A stretch of DNA of 64,000 nucleotides from Fibrobacterales bacterium (GTDB taxonomy: Bacteria > Fibrobacterota > Fibrobacteria > Fibrobacterales > JAOPTW01). The stretch lies in NCBI GenBank assembly GCA_051532055.1, contig JAOPTX010000004.1, positions 141,378-205,377 on the forward strand. The letters run 5' to 3'. A program made the translations under genes and the position numbers. Below are positions 58,366 to 64,000 of this stretch, one piece after another. The notes under the pieces were generated by a model that did no database searches, had not been told where the DNA came from, and worked only from the letters and a program-made list of their open reading frames with translations. Position 1 is the first letter of the stretch; each line of letters begins with the position of its first letter.

Positions 58366-60645
58366 ATGTCAAAACAATTTAAGACAGCTTTACGTTTAAT
58401 GTTTGTATTATTCGTTTTATTACCAGTAGTTTCTTTTGCACAAGATATTGCACAAGGAAAACCAGCTTTTGCCTCCTCCACTGAGTCGGGGTATCCCGCG
58501 AGTAATGCTTTTGATAATAATGACTTTGGTAATAGCCGTTGGTCTAGTGATTTTAGTGACCCACAGTGGATCTATGTAGATCTCCAACAAGAGTATGAAC
58601 TCACCGCAGTTAATCTTCTTTGGGAAGCTGCATATGGTAGAGATTATCGGATACAAGTTTCTGACGATGCTCAGAATTGGACAACTATTTATACTAAATC
58701 TTGGGGTAATGGAGGGACAGATAATATAACTCTCTCTGGTACTGGTCGGTATGTAAGACTGTATGGAACAGCTCGTGGTACTGAGTGGGGTTACTCGCTC
58801 TTTTCATTCAGAGTTTACGGGAACCCTCTTGCTGAATATAGCTTAACTGCTTCGTCAACTTCTGGAGGATCTATCGATCCAGAAGGTGTGACAACAGTTC
58901 TCAGTGGATCTGATCAAGCATTTACTATTACTCCTGATGCGGGATATGATGTTGTTTCTTTGTTAGTTGATGGACAAGCAACGACTATTTCTTCTCCATA
59001 TACTTTTACGAATATTACAGATAATCATACCATTGCTGCTCAATTTGGTGGTGTTCCAACAGCTAATGATGACAGTTATACTACTGATGAAGATGTCGCT
59101 CTTTCTGTGACGGCTCCGGGGGTGATTGAAAATGATAGTGATATTGAGCAAGGTGCAATGACTGTATCACTTGTTTCTAATGTCTCTATAGGTACATTGA
59201 CTCTCAATGCAGATGGTTCTTTTAACTATGTACCAGAAGCAAACTATAGTGGAGTGGTTACTTTTGGATATCAGCTTGTTGATGCCGATGGTTTTTCTTC
59301 GATTGCAATAGCGACAATTGTCGTGAATGCAGTAAATGACGCCCCAGTTGCTCAAAATGACGTGTATACTGTAAATGAAAATGGTTCACTCACCGTTGGT
59401 GCACCAGGTCTTCTATTGAATGATTCGGATCTTGATGGTGATCAGCTTACAGCATCTCTTTTGAATGCGGGCACTGGCTCTATTCAAGTTTCAATTGATG
59501 GTAGTTTTGTGTATACCCCCGTTGCAAATTTTGCAGGGAGTGATGTTTTTACCTATGAAGTATCAGATGGTATCCTCACTACAACTGCAACGGTAACTAT
59601 GGCCATAAACGCCGTTGTACCAACAATTATTACACAACCAGCAAGTCAAGAAGTTATTGCAGGTGAAATCGCTACTTTTTCAGTAGCTGCATCGGGAAGC
59701 AATCTATCATATCAGTGGTGGAAAAATGACCTTATCATTACCGGTGCTCATTCTGCATCATATACTACCCCAGTTAACCAGATCATTAATAATGGAGACT
59801 TCTATATTGTTGCCGTCTCTAATAGTGCAGGTAGAGTACCGAGTACTATGGCTACTCTTTCTGTAGTTGAACAACCAGTTCCCCCTACCATTATTACTCA
59901 ACCCGTAAATGTTACTCAAAAAGAGGGTAAAGTTGCGAGATTTGTAGTAGAGGCTACTGGTACAGGTGCTTTAGGGTATCAGTGGATGCGCGGTACTGAG
60001 GCTATATCCGGTGCGACATCAGCAGAATATATAACTGATATTTTAACACTCGTAGATAACGGCGCTCAATTTTCTGTTGTGGTTAGTAACTCTTTGGGCT
60101 TCGCGACAAGTGATGTTGTAACTCTTACAGTAGTTGCAACCTTACCTGAAAATAAAAAGATTGCAATAAACGGTACACTATTTGATGATACTGGCGCTCC
60201 TTTAGGGACAGGAACTCCTGTAGTCGTTGATGTGATTATTAGTCTAATGGATGCAAAAGTTGGTGGCACTGCACTGTATACAGAATCATTCCTTCTTGCG
60301 AATGACGAAGCCATTACTGTTGAAAATGGATATTTTACTGTACGTCTAGGTGAAGGTAATACTGCAGAAGATTTAGAACAGGTTGTGACTGGTAATAATC
60401 GCCTTTGGGTTGAGATGATTGTTGATGATGGTACACCTGATGTACTTTCTCCACGCTCACCTCTCACTGCATCAGCTTATACACTCGGAAACGGTTCGAA
60501 TGAAAACCCTGAGACTGGTGTGATTAGAGCAGAAGGTAATCCTAATGAGAATAGTGTTAATGCTGAAGTGGGAACGTACTATGTGAATACACTTGATTTA
60601 AGTACATGGTTAAAAATTGCAACTTCATGGATAATTGTTGAATAA
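58366..60645 (+). CDS. Secreted non-catalytic multidomain protein: CBM32/F5-8, InlB-B-like repeat, two cadherin-like domains, two Ig-like domains and a C-terminal module
   Basis: Signal peptide (SFA-Q); ASS.E...NAFD...SRWSS.FSDPQWIYVDL; FTITPDAGY; P.A.DD.Y...ED twice; PTIITQP twice. Confidence 0.85.
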   Translation: MSKQFKTALRLMFVLFVLLPVVSFAQDIAQGKPAFASSTESGYPASNAFDNNDFGNSRWSSDFSDPQWIYVDLQQEYELTAVNLLWEAAYGRDYRIQVSDDAQNWTTIYTKSWGNGGTDNITLSGTGRYVRLYGTARGTEWGYSLFSFRVYGNPLAEYSLTASSTSGGSIDPEGVTTVLSGSDQAFTITPDAGYDVVSLLVDGQATTISSPYTFTNITDNHTIAAQFGGVPTANDDSYTTDEDVALSVTAPGVIENDSDIEQGAMTVSLVSNVSIGTLTLNADGSFNYVPEANYSGVVTFGYQLVDADGFSSIAIATIVVNAVNDAPVAQNDVYTVNENGSLTVGAPGLLLNDSDLDGDQLTASLLNAGTGSIQVSIDGSFVYTPVANFAGSDVFTYEVSDGILTTTATVTMAINAVVPTIITQPASQEVIAGEIATFSVAASGSNLSYQWWKNDLIITGAHSASYTTPVNQIINNGDFYIVAVSNSAGRVPSTMATLSVVEQPVPPTIITQPVNVTQKEGKVARFVVEATGTGALGYQWMRGTEAISGATSAEYITDILTLVDNGAQFSVVVSNSLGFATSDVVTLTVVATLPENKKIAINGTLFDDTGAPLGTGTPVVVDVIISLMDAKVGGTALYTESFLLANDEAITVENGYFTVRLGEGNTAEDLEQVVTGNNRLWVEMIVDDGTPDVLSPRSPLTASAYTLGNGSNENPETGVIRAEGNPNENSVNAEVGTYYVNTLDLSTWLKIATSWIIVE

Positions 60646-60680
60646 AAACGGACATACATCATGTTAATAAGGACATTTAA

Positions 60681-63600
60681 ATGAAAAATAGAGAAACATT
60701 TTATTTTTCGAGTTTTATGTATGCCGTTTTAATAATGCTGCTTGGAATGCAAGCAGCATGGGCATTCAAACCGGAATCTAATAAAAATACTTATAGTGCT
60801 CAGCAGTCTCTGCAAGAGCAAAACCCTTTCGGTCGAGGGTTAAAAAATATGCGCTCTTTAAGGACAATAGACCTTGATGATAAGGGGGCAAGCAGTGGAA
60901 TTTCAGGATTAAGTATATCAGGTGACCCAAAACTTGATATAATTAAACGCTTGAACACGTTGTTATCAATTCACAATTCTACAGTCGAAGTAAGTACTAT
61001 CCAAAAAGATAAATTGGGTAATTCACACATTCGGTTGTCACAATTGTATAAAGGTATTCCTGTCATTGGCAGTGATATTGTAGTACATATTAATACTCAA
61101 AATGAAGTATATGGAGTTGCAGGGAAGTTACTCTTTGATCTGAATATTTCAGGTCAATCTAACATCTCATTTGACGATGCTTTTTCAATGAGCAAACAGG
61201 ATTTAAATATTCTCTCTGCGCAACATCAGAAGGATAATTCTCGTTTGGTCATTTTTGATGGACGTCTTGCAATTGAAGTTGAAGTCGACAATGGAGTAGT
61301 GGGCAACCAAGAAAAATGGCGTTGTTTTGTCGATGCAAAAACTGGTGAAACACTCTTTCGTGTTAATCAAGTAATGCATAGTGCACCTGTAGGTGGAGCT
61401 GCAGAGGCGGTACAGGGTAATCGACTTCCAGATGAAGATGGAACGATAACTCCGATTAATGGTTGGCTAGATGACTCGGGGAACTATTTCTTACGAAATA
61501 ATGATGCTCTCTGGGGCATATATGATACCGATGTCAGTGACTGGTCTCAACAGACTACAAACGATTGGGGTAGCAGCGACCCAGCAGCTATTTCATTGGC
61601 TAATAATATGGAAATTGTTCAGGAGTATGTGACGAATGTACTTGGATGGAATAGTTTTAATAACAATGGAATCTTTGCAACTGCAAATGTTCATGAAGGT
61701 ACGAGCTATGTAAATGCCTATTGGAATGGTTCAGCATTTTATTTTGGAGATGGTGATGGTAGTATTGCAAATGCACTTACTGTCCTTGATATTACGGGAC
61801 ATGAATATGGTCATGCTATTACTGATTACTCATCGGATCTTGTGTATTCTTATGAATCAGGTGCATTGAATGAATCATTTTCTGATATTCTCGGTACACT
61901 TATTGAGTTTCACGCCCAACAGGATGGACGTTCTGCATATCCGGCGGGTCTTGATGGACAAGCTGATTGGCTGTGTGGTGAAGATTCTTGGTTGCAAGAT
62001 GAAGCACTTCGTGACTTAAGAGATCCACAGCGGTATCAACAGCCTTCATATTATCAAGGGACCCATTGGTACAGTGGTAGTGGTGATAATGGTGGTGTAC
62101 ACTATAATAGTGGTGTTCAGAATTTTGTATTCTATCTCCTATCTGAAGGAGGAGTAGGTTCAAATGATGGATTTCCCTATGATATTGACGGAATTGGTAT
62201 CGAAGCTGCTGGCGAAATAGCAATGTATGCAAACATGTATCTTTTAACGAGTTCGTCACAGTATCGTGACTCTCGTGATGCATGGATTCTTGCCGCTACA
62301 ACGCTTGGCCATGATGCATCAATTGTTGAAGCGGTATGGGCTGCTGCAGGCGTTGCACCATTAGTAAAAAACCTCGATGTTCTTTCGAATGATCTTGATT
62401 TTGGTGGAGTGGCAGTCGGTGGATCTAAATCTATGATGGTAACACTAATTAATGGCGGTGGAGATATAACAACTGTAAATGATTTGGTATTCGATAATAT
62501 GCACTTTACAGCAAATATAACGCTACCGTTTATGGTTTCAGGCGGTTCTTCAAGAGAGGTAGAAATAGTTTGTACTCCTACTGATTTTATCTCAGAATCA
62601 GGTACACTCACTCTATTGAGTAATGCAGTTGATAATCCTGAGATTTCTATTTCTCTTTCAGCTACTGGTACAGTAGGTGCTGAAATATCAGTGATACCAG
62701 GAGTATTTGATGAAGTATTGCTGGTTGGAGATGAGGTTAGCCGTACGTTATCTATCACTAATAGTGGTGGTACGGATCTAGAGTTTAACCTTCTGGTGTC
62801 TGATAATACAACGCTTAAAGCATTGTCAAATGAGCCATACTCATTTGAGCATTATCTCGCACTTGACAAACAAAGTGTTGATACTCGCATTGGTCGTCCA
62901 GTACTTAACAATTCTGGTGGCCCCGATACTTTTGGGTATAGTTGGAAAGACTCAGATGAAGCGGGTGGACCAGCGTTTACTTGGAATAGTATCAGTACAA
63001 CAGGTTCAGTACTCAGTAATGTGTCTGGTTGTGATGATTGTTATCAAGAGCAGGGGCTCAGTTTTGAATTTCCATTTTATGGAAATGATTTTAACTCAGT
63101 ATTTGTGAGCTCAAATGGTTTTCTCACTTTTGGAACAGGTAGTGCACAGATATCCAACTATGCGCTCCCTTCAGTATCTGCGCCAGCTAATTTGATTGAT
63201 CTCTTCCATGATGACCTTGATCCAAGAGATGGTGGAACAATCTATTATCAAGATTTTGGAACTCATGCTATCATTGAGTTCAATGATGTTGATCCGTATA
63301 GTGGTTCAGGAAGTTATACCTTCCAAGCAGTTCTTCATGCTAATGGTAAAGTAGTCCTCTATTACAATGATCTCGTTGGAACAACTACAGGTAATACTGT
63401 GGGAATTCAAAATGGAACACAAGATGATGGCTTAACTGTCGCTTATAACACTTCTTATCTTAAAAATCAACTTGCAGTTGAGTTTAAGGCCGGGGTAGAA
63501 TGGGTTTCTTTAGGGGCCACATCAGGTACCGTTGCACCAGGTGCAACGGCGAATGTTCCTGTACTGTTTAGTGCAGTAGATGCTATTGGTGGAGTGTATG

Positions 63601-64000
63601 CTGGTACAATTCATGTAGTTAACTCAAGTGTTAATAACTCTAATGTAATTATTCCGGTTACTCTTACTGTTGACGGAGTAAAGAGACTCTCTATTTCACC
63701 AGATAGTCATAGTTTTGGTGATGTATGGCAAGGAGCTACACAAAGCGTTGAGATAACTCTCAGTAACTCTGGTGATGAAGCTACCGAGATTACCGATATC
63801 TCAGTAGATAATACAGTATTTACCCACAATGCTCAACTCCCTCTTAGTGTTCCTGCTTTTGGTAACACGATTGTGACAGTTTCCTATACAGCAAGCCAGC
63901 TTTCAGCTCAAAATGGCATAATGTCTATTGTGAGTGATGCAGAAGATAACCCTGAGTTAACGGTATCGTTGTCTGGTACTGGTGTAGAGGCTCCGGCTGC
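60681..64000 (+). CDS. Thermolysin-family (M4) metalloprotease with propeptide and C-terminal ASH/choice-of-anchor-D-like domains; 3'-truncated and absent from the ORF track
   Basis: ATG at 60681 after AAGGA; signal peptide (AAWA); propeptide HIRLSQLYKGIPV; VNAYWNG; in-frame HEYGH at 61800; ESGALNESFSD; GGVHYNSG. The same frame still reads TVSLSGTG at the window end. Confidence 0.93.
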   Translation, partial: MKNRETFYFSSFMYAVLIMLLGMQAAWAFKPESNKNTYSAQQSLQEQNPFGRGLKNMRSLRTIDLDDKGASSGISGLSISGDPKLDIIKRLNTLLSIHNSTVEVSTIQKDKLGNSHIRLSQLYKGIPVIGSDIVVHINTQNEVYGVAGKLLFDLNISGQSNISFDDAFSMSKQDLNILSAQHQKDNSRLVIFDGRLAIEVEVDNGVVGNQEKWRCFVDAKTGETLFRVNQVMHSAPVGGAAEAVQGNRLPDEDGTITPINGWLDDSGNYFLRNNDALWGIYDTDVSDWSQQTTNDWGSSDPAAISLANNMEIVQEYVTNVLGWNSFNNNGIFATANVHEGTSYVNAYWNGSAFYFGDGDGSIANALTVLDITGHEYGHAITDYSSDLVYSYESGALNESFSDILGTLIEFHAQQDGRSAYPAGLDGQADWLCGEDSWLQDEALRDLRDPQRYQQPSYYQGTHWYSGSGDNGGVHYNSGVQNFVFYLLSEGGVGSNDGFPYDIDGIGIEAAGEIAMYANMYLLTSSSQYRDSRDAWILAATTLGHDASIVEAVWAAAGVAPLVKNLDVLSNDLDFGGVAVGGSKSMMVTLINGGGDITTVNDLVFDNMHFTANITLPFMVSGGSSREVEIVCTPTDFISESGTLTLLSNAVDNPEISISLSATGTVGAEISVIPGVFDEVLLVGDEVSRTLSITNSGGTDLEFNLLVSDNTTLKALSNEPYSFEHYLALDKQSVDTRIGRPVLNNSGGPDTFGYSWKDSDEAGGPAFTWNSISTTGSVLSNVSGCDDCYQEQGLSFEFPFYGNDFNSVFVSSNGFLTFGTGSAQISNYALPSVSAPANLIDLFHDDLDPRDGGTIYYQDFGTHAIIEFNDVDPYSGSGSYTFQAVLHANGKVVLYYNDLVGTTTGNTVGIQNGTQDDGLTVAYNTSYLKNQLAVEFKAGVEWVSLGATSGTVAPGATANVPVLFSAVDAIGGVYAGTIHVVNSSVNNSNVIIPVTLTVDGVKRLSISPDSHSFGDVWQGATQSVEITLSNSGDEATEITDISVDNTVFTHNAQLPLSVPAFGNTIVTVSYTASQLSAQNGIMSIVSDAEDNPELTVSLSGTGVEAPA

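Noticed and set aside
131..63108. Many short antisense or alternate-frame ORFs in the track (e.g. 10695-11255, 39886-40317, 62177-62758)
   Set aside because: They overlap well-supported genes, have no motifs, and look like shadow ORFs.

Overview
This is an AT-rich, gene-dense bacterial chromosomal segment with about 44 CDSs. I saw no rRNA, tRNA, CRISPR array, transposase or prophage. Ser-rich lipoproteins, the type of ParE/ParC and the gene repertoire suggest a diderm, probably motile, Fibrobacterota-like organism (inference only). Contents in order: parE (5'-truncated)-parC; rhodanese plus CoA-disulfide/persulfide reductase; an ABC-2 exporter coupled to a patatin-barrel protein with degenerate catalytic motifs; a FapA(DUF342)-sensorless kinase-receiver-FapA operon; a HExxH lipoprotein; a double-receiver protein; a histone-H1-like/CBM48 fusion; a ZnuACB-like transporter; two chemoreceptors; a divergent Pgl; M3 and M20 peptidases; DAHP synthase; a hybrid kinase; a CHASE2 adenylate cyclase; gcvT-ftsK; PBP1A plus a helical lipoprotein; an acidic orphan behind a sigma28-like promoter; a GH33 sialidase; an orphan solute-binding protein; a clan GH-A hydrolase; orn-PBP-lgt-SDR; fabF-cyclophilin; a CBM32/Ig adhesin; and a thermolysin-family (M4) multidomain protease that runs off the window end and is missing from the ORF track. 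The best candidates for undescribed biology are the twin-FapA two-component operon (10.2-16.0 kb), the H1-like/CBM48 protein as a possible nucleoid-glycogen tether (18.6-19.2 kb), the pseudo-patatin/ABC operon (6.0-10.1 kb) and the sigma28/GGA-leader orphan (46.1-47.2 kb). All calls come from reading motifs by eye; no searches were run.
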